A stretch of DNA of 36,835 nucleotides from Patescibacteria group bacterium (GTDB lineage: Bacteria > Patescibacteriota > Saccharimonadia > CAILAD01 > BJGX01), in assembly GCA_026397045.1 (NCBI GenBank), contig JAPLVO010000013.1:1-36835 (forward strand), given 5' to 3'. Positions 13,564-22,620 of this stretch are shown piece by piece (the first letter of the stretch is position 1; each line of letters opens with the position of its first letter). The notes under the pieces were generated by a model that saw only the letters and a list, made by a program, of their open reading frames with translations, had not been told where the DNA came from and made no database searches. The position numbers were made by a program, and so were the translations under genes.

Positions 13564-15981
13564 CTAGCGGACTACAAAATTAACAAGCTTACCTGGTACG
13601 GAAATGACCTTGACGATATCCATACCACTCATTTTATCGGCAAGTTTATCACGAGCCATTCGCTCAAGCTCGACTGGGCTGTGGGCATTTTCAATGTTTA
13701 CTATAAATTGATCTCGAAGTTTTCCATTAATCTGGATTACTATAGTCAAGACATCGTCTTTGCAAAGGTTAGGATCATACTTTGGCCAGGCCTGGAGATG
13801 AACACTTTGCTCATTATTTAATAATTCCCATAGCTCTTCAGATAAATATGGTGCAAATGGTGCCAGCAGCTTGGTGAATGTTGAGGTTATTACGTTCCAC
13901 TGCTCTTTAGATATTTGGCCCTTATGTTTTAGGGTCCCGGCAAAATTAACAAACTCCATCATTGCAGCAATGGCTGTATTAAATCTGATTTTTTGAACGT
14001 CTTCAGTGACTTTTTTTATAAGCCTATGAAGCTTTGAAACTAGCTCGGCTTCAACTATTGAGTCAAGACTAGCCTCTTTATACTCTGTCGTGATAAGTTC
14101 CCATATTTTATTAATGAATCTATAGGTACCCTCGAAGCGCTTCGGATCCCAGGGTCCACCATCTTCGTACGGGCCCATGAACATCAGGTACATCCTGACA
14201 GAATCAGCACCGTATTTGTCGACATAGTCGTCGGGGTTAATGACATTGTTCTTTGATTTACTCATCTTCTTGCCATCGGGCCCGTTTATCATCCCTTGAT
14301 TAATAAGCTTCATGAAGGGCTCATCAAAATCAATATAGCCCTGCGAATGTAAGAACTTAGTAACGAAGCGAGCGTACATTAAATGCAGTACGGCATGTTC
14401 AGCGCCACCAATGTAGTTATCCACTGGTAGCCATTGTTTGACTGCCACTGGGTCAAATGGGCCAGCTTGATAGTTTGGGTTGGGATAACGTAAGAAATAC
14501 CAGCTGCTATCCACAAAAGTATCCATAGTATCGGTTTCCCGCTTGGCCTCACCGCTACATTGAGGACACTTAACATCAAGGAAGTCTTTATTGTCTAAAA
14601 GCGGGCTACGGCCATCTTCGCCGAATTTTTGGTTCAGGGGTAGCTCGACTGGCAGGTCGGCTTCTGGTACAGCCACCACGCCACATTTTTCACAGTGGAT
14701 TATTGGGATTGGTGTGCCCCAATATCGTTGCCTGGATATCAGCCAATCACGCAATCTAAATTGAGTTTGGCTTTTACCAATCTCGGTTTTTTCGAGCCAT
14801 TTGATAATCTTGGCTTTTGCGCTAGTGCTATCTAGGCCGCTAAATTCGCCAGAGTTTATTAGCTTGGTATCTGCCTCATGGTTACTGCCCTCTGAGCTTT
14901 CATCGCTTAACACTTGCGTAATATCTAGGCCAAACTTACTAGCAAATTCAAAATCACGCTCATCGTGAGCTGGCACCGCCATTATTGCACCAGTTCCATA
15001 ATCCATTAGAATATATTCGCTTATCCAGATTGGTATATTTTGATTAGTCGCAGGGTTAACAGCAAAAGCGCCAGTAAAAACTCCCGTTTTTTCTTTAGTT
15101 TCCATGCGATCTATATTGGTCTTAGCACCTACATCAGATATGTATTTTTTTACTGCATCAGACTGGCTATTTGTTGTTATAGTTTCAATAAGCGGATGTT
15201 CGGGGGCAACGACCATAAATGTAACTCCGAAAATAGTATCGGCTCTGGTAGTATAGACATCTAATTTTTGAGTTGAGTTATCGATTGGAAACTCGATATG
15301 CGCACCAACGCTACGACCTATCCAGTTGCGCTGCATGTCTTTTATGCGTTCAGGCCAGTCAATCTTATCAAGGTCGTCAATAAGAGCGTCTGCATAATCT
15401 GTAATCTTAAGAAACCATTGCTTCAAAAGCTTTCGTTCGACTTTTGCGCCACTACGATCGGCGAAGCCATTGACCACCTGCTCATTTGCAAGAACTGTCT
15501 TATCGACTGGATCCCAATTAACCAAAGCCTCTTTTTGATAAGCTTTGCCTTCATGAAACATCTTAAGAAACATCCATTGCGTCCATTTGTAGTAGCTGGG
15601 GTCGCTGGTCTGAAAAGTCTTACTCCAGTCATACATAGCACCAATCTTATTTATTTGCGCAGTCATGTCAGAAATATTTTGATTGGTCCACTCATCAGCC
15701 ATCAGTCCTCTTTGAATGGCTGCGTTTTCTGCTGGCAGACCAAACGAATCAAAGCCAAAAGGTTCTAAGACATTCTGGCCATGCATTCTAGAATACCTGG
15801 CCAGCGTATCGGCTGGGGCAAAATTGTACCAGTGCCCAATGTGCAGATTACCCGATGGATATGCAAACATCACCAAATTGTATAATTTATTTTTTGGATC
15901 TTTAGAGGTCTTATTTATATCAGTTTCTTGCCAAATTTTGCTCCACTTGGCTTCATTTTTTACTGGGTCGTAGTTATTCAT
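13564..15981 (-). CDS. leuS: Leucyl-tRNA synthetase
   Basis: HIGH motif (NLHIGHWYNF), KMSKSK motif, a CP1 editing insert and a zinc-type CxxC...CPQC. 805 aa. Confidence 0.95.
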   Translation of the reverse strand: MNNYDPVKNEAKWSKIWQETDINKTSKDPKNKLYNLVMFAYPSGNLHIGHWYNFAPADTLARYSRMHGQNVLEPFGFDSFGLPAENAAIQRGLMADEWTNQNISDMTAQINKIGAMYDWSKTFQTSDPSYYKWTQWMFLKMFHEGKAYQKEALVNWDPVDKTVLANEQVVNGFADRSGAKVERKLLKQWFLKITDYADALIDDLDKIDWPERIKDMQRNWIGRSVGAHIEFPIDNSTQKLDVYTTRADTIFGVTFMVVAPEHPLIETITTNSQSDAVKKYISDVGAKTNIDRMETKEKTGVFTGAFAVNPATNQNIPIWISEYILMDYGTGAIMAVPAHDERDFEFASKFGLDITQVLSDESSEGSNHEADTKLINSGEFSGLDSTSAKAKIIKWLEKTEIGKSQTQFRLRDWLISRQRYWGTPIPIIHCEKCGVVAVPEADLPVELPLNQKFGEDGRSPLLDNKDFLDVKCPQCSGEAKRETDTMDTFVDSSWYFLRYPNPNYQAGPFDPVAVKQWLPVDNYIGGAEHAVLHLMYARFVTKFLHSQGYIDFDEPFMKLINQGMINGPDGKKMSKSKNNVINPDDYVDKYGADSVRMYLMFMGPYEDGGPWDPKRFEGTYRFINKIWELITTEYKEASLDSIVEAELVSKLHRLIKKVTEDVQKIRFNTAIAAMMEFVNFAGTLKHKGQISKEQWNVITSTFTKLLAPFAPYLSEELWELLNNEQSVHLQAWPKYDPNLCKDDVLTIVIQINGKLRDQFIVNIENAHSPVELERMARDKLADKMSGMDIVKVISVPGKLVNFVVR

Positions 15982-15990
15982 AATGTCCTT

Positions 15991-15999
15991 ATTGTACCA
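15991..15999 (-). promoter_or_regulatory. Extended -10 TGGTACAAT, 9 nt upstream of the leuS ATG
   Basis: Minus strand reads TGGTACAAT-AAGGACATT-ATG. This is too close for a T-box leader. Confidence 0.45.
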
Positions 16000-16068
16000 A
16001 ACTTGCCCAGCCGATAGCCAGTATTAAGCTGTCTGCAGGCTAAATTTGCTATATTAGGGGCATGGTAT

Positions 16069-17001
16069 TTATGCTGGAGTTAGCCAGCTTGTGAGCATGG
16101 AATTTTCTCCTTTTTGAGCCTGGGCATAGCTAAGGCTTAGTTGGCGTGTGATTTTACCGATCTTACCATCGCCCAGCTTGCGCTTATCAATACTTAAAAT
16201 CGGAGTAATGTTAGCTGAACTGCCACACATAAAGGCCTCATCTGCAATGTATAGTTCGGTCCTATCGATTGGCCTTTGTTCGCAGGCAATACCAAGTATG
16301 CCGGCTATTTGCATGATACTAGAGCGAGTAATGCCCTCTAATATATCGGTTGCCATATCAGGTGTGATAATTTTGCCATCACGGACTATAAATAAATTTG
16401 CAACGGTGCCTTCGCTAACATGACCAGTACTATCAAGTGCGATTGCCTCATCGTAGCCATTTTGCAAAGCTTCATTTTTCATTAAGCTGGCATTAACATA
16501 CTGCCCATTAACCTTGGCCCTTGATGGAATCATATTATCGGCTGAGCGCGTCCAGCTACTAACACAGGCTTTAATACCGCTACGCGGGAATATCTCACCC
16601 ATCGGGTATACATAGGCACTTAGGGAATTTTTAAGACCTTTTATTTTGGTGCCAGCTATTTCCTCATCAATAAATATCGTAACCCTCACCAGAGCATCTT
16701 CCTGCACGCTGTTTTTGCGTAGAAGATTGATCATAATTTTTTCAAATTCAGCATAGCTATATTTATCTTCGAAGCTTTCGAAGTCCATAATGCGAGCTGA
16801 ATTGCATAGCCGTTTGTAGTGATCCTTTAGTCTAAAAATATTTAGTTCTTTTGAATTTTTATTCCAGATTGCGTTAAAGACGGTGTAAACACTAAGACCG
16901 TATAAAACAGGTGAGCTGGCGATGCTTAGGTTGGCATCTTTAAAAGGCACCCACTGGTCTCTGAAATATACGATTGATTTAGAATAATTTAACTTTTGCA
17001 T
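16069..17001 (-). CDS. Class IV (fold type IV) aminotransferase: branched-chain amino acid or D-amino-acid aminotransferase
   Basis: SRAKVNGQYVNASL (catalytic Lys region), EGTVANLFIVRDGKIITP, LEGITRSS and ADEAFMCGSSANITPI match the BCAT/DAAT family. I cannot assign the subfamily by eye. Confidence 0.8.
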   Translation of the reverse strand: MQKLNYSKSIVYFRDQWVPFKDANLSIASSPVLYGLSVYTVFNAIWNKNSKELNIFRLKDHYKRLCNSARIMDFESFEDKYSYAEFEKIMINLLRKNSVQEDALVRVTIFIDEEIAGTKIKGLKNSLSAYVYPMGEIFPRSGIKACVSSWTRSADNMIPSRAKVNGQYVNASLMKNEALQNGYDEAIALDSTGHVSEGTVANLFIVRDGKIITPDMATDILEGITRSSIMQIAGILGIACEQRPIDRTELYIADEAFMCGSSANITPILSIDKRKLGDGKIGKITRQLSLSYAQAQKGENSMLTSWLTPA

Positions 17002-17008
17002 ATTTATT

Positions 17009-17014
17009 ATTGTA
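17009..17014 (-). promoter_or_regulatory. -10 box TACAAT, 7 nt upstream of ATG17001 (leaderless pattern)
   Basis: Minus strand reads TACAAT-AATAAAT-ATG with no SD. Confidence 0.45.
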
Positions 17015-17058
17015 TCTGTCTTGGTCGGTCAAGACTAGCCCCGATAGGATATTTTGCA

Positions 17059-18336
17059 CTACAGCCCAAAAGCTTTTCGCTTTTTTCGCTGCCAGGATTT
17101 ACTTTGCCGCACAACAAAATCTTTCGGGTTAAGGCTTGGATCTAATAATATCCGAACAGCTTCTTCTAGGAAAACGCCATTTTGCGAGCCCTTTACGAGT
17201 ACCACATCGCCTTTTGCCAAAATTCGCTTTAGAAAATGCCCTACCTCATAAGGGGTTTTGAACATCTTAATATTGTCTGAGTCCATGCCGCCCGCCTTGG
17301 CTCCCTCGACGATATTAATTTCAGCGTCCCGTCCTATCACAATGAGCATATCGGCTTTGGCTGCCGCCACCTTGCCAACCTCATAATGCCCTTTCCGGGC
17401 ATACTCACCAAGCTCATTCATATTCCCCAAAATAGCAATACGCTTCTTTGCATTAATATCGCCTAGCACTCCCAGGGCAGCGATAGCAGCAACAGGGCTT
17501 GAATTGTAGCTATCATCGATAATACTGGAGCCATTTACTCCTTTAATAAGCCTCATTCGGCCATTTACTCCCTCTATCTTTGCAAGTCCCTTGGCTATAT
17601 CTTTTATTTCCATGCCCAGCTGGCTAGCTACGCTGGCGGCAGCAAGTAGGCTACTGAGGCTCTGCACACCCACCATTTTAGTAGTTATCTTGTGACTCTG
17701 CTTGCCAAAATAGAGTGTGGCCTGCAAATTACCTGATTTCAATCTCACGATATTGCCAAACCTAATAGAATCTCTTTGAGTGCCATAGCCTACCGAATTT
17801 TTTATCTTAGAAGCCTGCTTAGCAAGAGATTCAAATTCGCCATTATATATAACGGTCTTAGCCTGGCTAGCAATCATACAATTATCGTGTATTACCTTTT
17901 CAATACTCCCCATACGATCCATATGTACTCTAGCCACACCAGTGATAACCCCATAGCTAGGCTTAATAAAGGCCAGGAGCTTCATCATATCTTCGAGTTC
18001 ATCATCTGCCATCTCGAGCACAATAATGTCATAAGGATAATTTTTAATAATAGAATTTATCTTTTGGAGAATCCTGTGCCAGGCAACTGGATCCCACAAG
18101 TTAGTGGGTGCCTTTAGGCCAAAAAAGCTAAGCGGCAAGCCGATATCCGTATTATAACTATCCTCGCTAAACTGTACTTGGTGGGCAGAGCTGAGCAGCT
18201 GCCCTATAGCCACCTTTGCGCTCGTCTTGCCGATGCTACCAGTAACAGCAATTACGGTTAATGTTTTTGAATCCAGTAGCTGACGAACCTTTTTAGCTAG
18301 CCGAAGTGCGATTAATTTTTTCGGTAGTTTCTTCAT
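17059..18336 (-). CDS. murF: UDP-N-acetylmuramoyl-tripeptide--D-alanyl-D-alanine ligase MurF
   Basis: Mur ligase P-loop AVTGSIGKTS, a MurF-typical IIDDSYNSSPVAAIAAL motif, and a C-terminal VLVKGSQ. Confidence 0.85.
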   Translation of the reverse strand: MKKLPKKLIALRLAKKVRQLLDSKTLTVIAVTGSIGKTSAKVAIGQLLSSAHQVQFSEDSYNTDIGLPLSFFGLKAPTNLWDPVAWHRILQKINSIIKNYPYDIIVLEMADDELEDMMKLLAFIKPSYGVITGVARVHMDRMGSIEKVIHDNCMIASQAKTVIYNGEFESLAKQASKIKNSVGYGTQRDSIRFGNIVRLKSGNLQATLYFGKQSHKITTKMVGVQSLSSLLAAASVASQLGMEIKDIAKGLAKIEGVNGRMRLIKGVNGSSIIDDSYNSSPVAAIAALGVLGDINAKKRIAILGNMNELGEYARKGHYEVGKVAAAKADMLIVIGRDAEINIVEGAKAGGMDSDNIKMFKTPYEVGHFLKRILAKGDVVLVKGSQNGVFLEEAVRILLDPSLNPKDFVVRQSKSWQRKKRKAFGL

Positions 18337-18345
18337 AGTTCGTGT

Positions 18346-18354
18346 ATTCTAGCA
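18346..18354 (-). promoter_or_regulatory. Extended -10 TGCTAGAAT, 9 nt upstream of the murF ATG
   Basis: Minus strand reads TGCTAGAAT-ACACGAACT-ATG. Confidence 0.4.
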
Positions 18355-18362
18355 TAAAAATG

Positions 18363-18737
18363 CTATCTCTTGATCTTTTTTGCTTTTCGTTGGGGGGTTT
18401 TTTTGCTGTTTTTTAATGATTTCTTATAGCGTCGTTTATACCATGCGGGGCCGAATTTTTCTGGTGGCAAATAGGCTCTTACTACACCAAAAAGTACGAA
18501 TACAGATGCTACATAATTAAGGCTGGAGAGATCAGCCCATAGACCAAAGGCCAATGTAAACATCCCAAGTGCCATGGGTATCCCTGCTATTCCCAGTACA
18601 TAGTCGATATTCCTTCCGAGTAGTGGGAAGAAATGATCATTAGGATCAGATTTATGCTTTCCCGATGTAACTTCATAGCCGAACCAAAATAAAAATGCCC
18701 CGAGCCCAAGTAGTACTAATGCGATTATTCCTGTCAT
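18363..18737 (-). CDS. Small membrane protein with Lys/Arg-rich C-terminal tail
   Basis: 124 aa with three hydrophobic helices and a KRRYKKSLKNSKKTPQRKAKKIKR tail. No family recognised. Confidence 0.55.
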   Translation of the reverse strand: MTGIIALVLLGLGAFLFWFGYEVTSGKHKSDPNDHFFPLLGRNIDYVLGIAGIPMALGMFTLAFGLWADLSSLNYVASVFVLFGVVRAYLPPEKFGPAWYKRRYKKSLKNSKKTPQRKAKKIKR

Positions 18738-18743
18738 GCTTAT

Positions 18744-18752
18744 ATTATAGCA
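18744..18752 (-). promoter_or_regulatory. Extended -10 TGCTATAAT, 6 nt upstream of ATG18737 (leaderless pattern)
   Basis: Minus strand reads TGCTATAAT-ATAAGC-ATG. Confidence 0.45.
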
Positions 18753-18779
18753 AATATTTAGATTATATATTCGAAATTA

Positions 18780-18809
18780 AAAATTATCCTACCGGAGTAG
18801 GATAATTTT
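18780..18809 (-). terminator. Second terminator hairpin downstream of tRNA-Ala
   Basis: AAAATTATCCTAC-CGGA-GTAGGATAATTTT, a 13-bp stem flanked by A and T runs. Confidence 0.55.
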
Positions 18810-18878
18810 ATTGCCAAGGGCATATCGGCTGGCGAGCTCGTGCACCGAACCTTCGGTTCTCACGATTATTACCTACAT

Positions 18879-18908
18879 TATAAAACCCCCTGTGCAGGGG
18901 GTTTTATA
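18879..18908 (-). terminator. Terminator hairpin immediately after tRNA-Ala
   Basis: TATAAAACCCCCTG-TGC-AGGGGGTTTTATA, starting 1 nt after the tRNA 3' CCA. Confidence 0.65.
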
Positions 18909-18909
18909 A

Positions 18910-18985
18910 TGGTGGAGCATATCGGGTTCGAACCGATGACCTCATCCATGCCATGGATGCGCGCTACCAACTGCGCCAATGCCCC
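18910..18985 (-). tRNA. tRNA-Ala (anticodon GGC), CCA encoded
   Basis: Hand-folded 76-nt cloverleaf GGGGCAT-TG-GCGC-AGTTGGTA-GCGC-G-CATCC-ATGGCAT-GGATG-AGGTC-ATCGG-TTCGAAC-CCGAT-ATGCTCC-A-CCA. It has the G3:U70 alanine identity pair and a GTTCGAA T-loop. Confidence 0.9.
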
Positions 18986-19082
18986 AACTAAGGATTTGAA
19001 TTTACTTGTTTCAAATTCAAGAAATATAACCCGTATAGCAGTGGTATTTTATACGAAAATCAGCTTTTCGGCAAGCCATCTA

Positions 19083-21857
19083 CTAGCTCTGGGTCTGATT
19101 AGATCGCCACCTGTATTTTGCTAGCTCCCTGAGCGTGAGGTATATAATAGCTGCCGATATAGGTGCCACCCAATCTATCGGCGCCAAAGGACTGTTACCG
19201 AGGTAATTGGCAAATAATGGTACATAAATTACTACTAATACACAAAGCAGTGAAAGGCCTATAGCGAACCAGAGTCGCCAATTGCTAAATATATACCTAG
19301 TAAATATAGTTTGGCCAGGTGCTGTCCGCCTAGAAAAGACAGTACCGTACTGACAAAGCACAATTGAAAGATAGGTCGCGGTCGTGGCTTTGCTGGCTAA
19401 ACCCAAATTGGCGGATGATACTGGCTGGCCGGCTATAGCGAAGGTTATTAAAAAACAGCCATATGCTAGCGCACCTATAACTATACCCCCCAAAATAAGA
19501 TCTACAATTGCTCTAATACCTAAAATATGCTGCTTGGCATCCCTAGGCTTTCCATCCATAACATTTCCTGTCGGAGGATCCCAGCCCAGAGCCGTTATGG
19601 GAAATAACTCGGCCATGAGATCGATGGCTAGGATTTGTAGTGCTGAGATTGCAATGGGTATATGAAAAAGCCAAGTAAAGAAAAGGCTAATCAGGACAAC
19701 TGCTAGCTCTCCACCATTAGAGGTTAGTGCTGATAATGCTGATTTCTGAATGTTCTGGTAAATAACTCTGCCCTGCTTAATGGCCTCGACCAGAGTATGG
19801 AAGCTATCATCTAGCAGTATTATTTCAGCGGAATCCTTGGCGACATCGCTTCCCACCCTGCCCATAGCCACGCCAATATCGGCCCTCTTTAGGGCTGGTG
19901 CGTCATTAATGCCATCTCCAGTGACTGCTAAGGTGTAATTGTATTTTTTTAGGATATTAACAATCCTAAGCTTATCAGAGGGGGATACCCTCGCAAAAAT
20001 TGCTCGGCCTGTCATCACTAGTTTGCTGACTTTTTTATCTGATAATCTAGCAAGTTGGTTGTGGGTAGTCAAAATATGTCTCTGCCCCTGTGCAAAACCA
20101 ATTTGCTGAGCGATAGCTGATGCAGTGTGCGCTTCATCGCCAGTGACAATAGTGACCACCATGTGAGCCCTATTGGCTGCCAACATGGCCTCAGCGACTT
20201 CTTCTCTGGGAGGATCTATCATCGAGGCAATACCTAAAAATACTAGGCCTGACTCAGATTGGTCTGCACTCTTAGGTATCTCCCCTTTAATTGGCCTGTA
20301 GGCCAAGGCAATATTTCGCATAGCCTGAGATGACATTTCATCAGTGTAGGCCTGTATCTTTTTGAGATGGTCTTTTTTAATAGGAATAACATGGCCCTCA
20401 TGAACGATATGAGAGCAGCTACTTACTATTGCTTCTGGAGAGCCCTTAGCAAAGACATACTTTTGCCCAAAGTGCCTAGCGACTACACTCATCATCTTCC
20501 GATCTGAGTCAAAAGGGAATTCCCTAATGTTTTGTGGCACTGTGCCTGGCTTGATAAATTTAGCTTTTTGGGCCAAGGTTACCAAGGCAGCCTCGGTGGG
20601 GTCTCCAATACTATACCAAGTAGGATGCTCGGAATCTGGCTCGTGTACGCTGGCATTGCTAGACATAAACCCACACTCTATGAGTGGCTTTAAGGCCATT
20701 AGCTCCGATTTATCGAGCTTAAAGCCCTCGGAATTAAGCACCCTACCATGGGGCATAAAGCCAGTTCCCTCAATTCTATAATTAGCCCCCAGTGAAAATA
20801 AATTAGTCACGGTCATTTCGTTCTTGGTTAGAGTCCCGGTTTTATCCGTGCATATTATTTGAGTCGAGCCGAGTGTTTCCACTGCAGTTAGCCTTCTGAC
20901 CAAGACTCTGGATTTGGCCAGCTTACCAGCTGCCTGTGCCAAAGCAACATTAACCTCGGCTGGTAGGCCCTGAGGTATCATGGCGGCAGCAATTCCGATA
21001 GCGAATAAAAAAGCTTCGCGCAGACCTAATTGGGCGCCAAGGCTGATCGGTATAAGAACAGCCATCAGGATTATCGTTCCTTGGGTTATCCGTAGAGCCA
21101 GATTTGATATCTCTTTTTGAAGTGGGGATCGATCAGGTTTGGCTTCCTGGCTAAGTTTTGCTATCGTGCCTAGCTCTGTCTTCATTCCAGTAGCTACGAC
21201 GACTCCCCGGCCGACTCCAGAGGCCACAGTTGTGCCCATATATACCATATTATTTCTATCTGCTAGCTCGACATCTTTACTTATTGGCTCTATAGAGCAA
21301 GCACTGGGGCTAGATTCACCTGTCAGAGCGTATTCGTTGGTAAGTAGACTATCAGCCAGCAAAAGCCTAAGGTCAGCCGGCACACTGTCACCAGCCTCCA
21401 TCATCACGATGTCGCCTGGTACTAGATCCTGGGCATCTATTTGCATTGGTACCCCACTTCTTATCACCTTAGCGGTAGGCTGCAATAAGCGCCCTAGGCT
21501 CTGCATAACTCTATCGGCCCGATACTCCTGTGTAAAGCCTATCAAAACATTAATAGCAATGATGGCAATAAGTACTGTGGTGGTCCGACTATCTTTTAAA
21601 TACCAACTAAGTCCGGCAGTGAGCATTAGCAGTACCACCAGTAGATCCTGGAACTGCCTTATAAATATCGATATAGTTTCAAAGTGCTTTATGCGTCTAA
21701 CTTTATTCTTACCTACATCTTTAAGCCGCTTACTAGCATCTAAATGATCCAAACCCTGTTTAGAGCTATGAAGCTCATCCAGACAGGCCTTAGCGCTTCT
21801 AGAGTGCCAGTGCGGTGGAGATATGCTAGCCTGTTTCTTAGGCCAAAATAACATCAT
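19083..21857 (-). CDS. Cation-translocating P-type ATPase (P2 type, Ca2+/Mg2+-like)
   Basis: Phosphorylation motif ICTDKTGTLT, TGES-like LTGES, hinge TGDGINDAPALKRADIGVAMG, TM4 IPQGLP, and a Cation_ATPase_N-like N-terminus. 924 aa. Confidence 0.9.
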   Translation of the reverse strand: MMLFWPKKQASISPPHWHSRSAKACLDELHSSKQGLDHLDASKRLKDVGKNKVRRIKHFETISIFIRQFQDLLVVLLMLTAGLSWYLKDSRTTTVLIAIIAINVLIGFTQEYRADRVMQSLGRLLQPTAKVIRSGVPMQIDAQDLVPGDIVMMEAGDSVPADLRLLLADSLLTNEYALTGESSPSACSIEPISKDVELADRNNMVYMGTTVASGVGRGVVVATGMKTELGTIAKLSQEAKPDRSPLQKEISNLALRITQGTIILMAVLIPISLGAQLGLREAFLFAIGIAAAMIPQGLPAEVNVALAQAAGKLAKSRVLVRRLTAVETLGSTQIICTDKTGTLTKNEMTVTNLFSLGANYRIEGTGFMPHGRVLNSEGFKLDKSELMALKPLIECGFMSSNASVHEPDSEHPTWYSIGDPTEAALVTLAQKAKFIKPGTVPQNIREFPFDSDRKMMSVVARHFGQKYVFAKGSPEAIVSSCSHIVHEGHVIPIKKDHLKKIQAYTDEMSSQAMRNIALAYRPIKGEIPKSADQSESGLVFLGIASMIDPPREEVAEAMLAANRAHMVVTIVTGDEAHTASAIAQQIGFAQGQRHILTTHNQLARLSDKKVSKLVMTGRAIFARVSPSDKLRIVNILKKYNYTLAVTGDGINDAPALKRADIGVAMGRVGSDVAKDSAEIILLDDSFHTLVEAIKQGRVIYQNIQKSALSALTSNGGELAVVLISLFFTWLFHIPIAISALQILAIDLMAELFPITALGWDPPTGNVMDGKPRDAKQHILGIRAIVDLILGGIVIGALAYGCFLITFAIAGQPVSSANLGLASKATTATYLSIVLCQYGTVFSRRTAPGQTIFTRYIFSNWRLWFAIGLSLLCVLVVIYVPLFANYLGNSPLAPIDWVAPISAAIIYLTLRELAKYRWRSNQTQS

Positions 21858-21859
21858 AC

Positions 21860-22060
21860 CTAAAAGGCTTTAAATATAATACTAACCAATGTAGATATTA
21901 GTACGATTGCCAGTGTTCCGAGCATAAAGCCCACAAAAAAACCAAAACCAAGCCTAAAACCATCTTTAAATGTATAGTGTACACTTTTCTGGATATCCGA
22001 ATCTTCAAGCTCTTTACGGAAGAATTGATCGGCTTTTTTTACTCTTTTGTCGTCTTGCAT
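21860..22060 (-). CDS. Small single-pass membrane protein immediately upstream of the P-type ATPase
   Basis: 66 aa with a charged N-terminal half and C-terminal TM FGFFVGFMLGTLAIVLISTLVSII. Its stop lies 2 nt before the ATPase ATG. Confidence 0.5.
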   Translation of the reverse strand: MQDDKRVKKADQFFRKELEDSDIQKSVHYTFKDGFRLGFGFFVGFMLGTLAIVLISTLVSIIFKAF

Positions 22061-22074
22061 GATTATAGTATAGC

Positions 22075-22620
22075 TTACTTTTGGGCCATGACCACTACAT
22101 GTTTTGGGCTTCGTTTAACTATTCTGTAATTCCCAAATTCAATTTTTAATTGGCGAGCCACCCAGGGCTTAATACGAGCTTCTACGACAAGCAATATAGT
22201 ACCCCCTTCGGCAAGATGCGGCTTGCTCTCGGATATCATACTATCCACCACCTCGCGGCCTCGATGCGTCGGAGGGTTTGATACTATAAGGTCAAAAATA
22301 TGGCTACTGGGTATATCATCGTAGCCGTGGCTCGCTATAATATGTGTGTTAAATAGCCTATTTGTTTTGGCATTACTAGTGGCCATCTTGACGGCGGCGA
22401 TATCGCTATCTAGGCCGATGACATTAGCCTTCGGGTTGTTCTTGCCGAGCCATAAGCTCATGCCACCCCATCCACAGCCCCAATCTAAGGCAGTGGCATA
22501 CTCAAATTTAGGGATACAACTTATCAATAATTCGGTACCCATATCAATGCCTTTTGGCGAAAAAAGGTCGGGTGCAGTTTCAAAGTCTATTTTTATTCCT
22601 GCCACTTTAAAACTTTTCAT
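22075..22620 (-). CDS. Class I SAM-dependent methyltransferase, RsmC/RsmD-like (MTS small domain)
   Basis: ALDWGCGWGGMS (motif I) and VSNPPTHRG (the NPPxH motif of N2-guanine/N6-adenine methyltransferases). Its start overlaps the obg stop by 1 nt (TAATG). Confidence 0.75.
   Translation of the reverse strand: MKSFKVAGIKIDFETAPDLFSPKGIDMGTELLISCIPKFEYATALDWGCGWGGMSLWLGKNNPKANVIGLDSDIAAVKMATSNAKTNRLFNTHIIASHGYDDIPSSHIFDLIVSNPPTHRGREVVDSMISESKPHLAEGGTILLVVEARIKPWVARQLKIEFGNYRIVKRSPKHVVVMAQK

Noticed and set aside
15298-15768. 156-aa plus-strand ORF (and other short ORFs inside leuS)
   Set aside because: It is antisense to leuS, which has unambiguous HIGH and KMSKS motifs. It has no start signals.
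15982-16068. Possible T-box or other leader upstream of leuS (and likewise alaS at 33623-33675)
   Set aside because: The -10 boxes sit only 9 and 7 nt from the ATGs. This leaves no room for a T-box leader, and no specifier or T-box sequence is seen.
18840-19124. 94-aa plus-strand ORF
   Set aside because: It reads straight through the tRNA-Ala gene and its terminator on the opposite strand, so it is spurious.
21139-21747. 202-aa plus-strand ORF
   Set aside because: It is entirely antisense to the well-supported P-type ATPase. It has Ser/Leu/Thr/Pro-rich composition typical of antisense frames and no SD or promoter.
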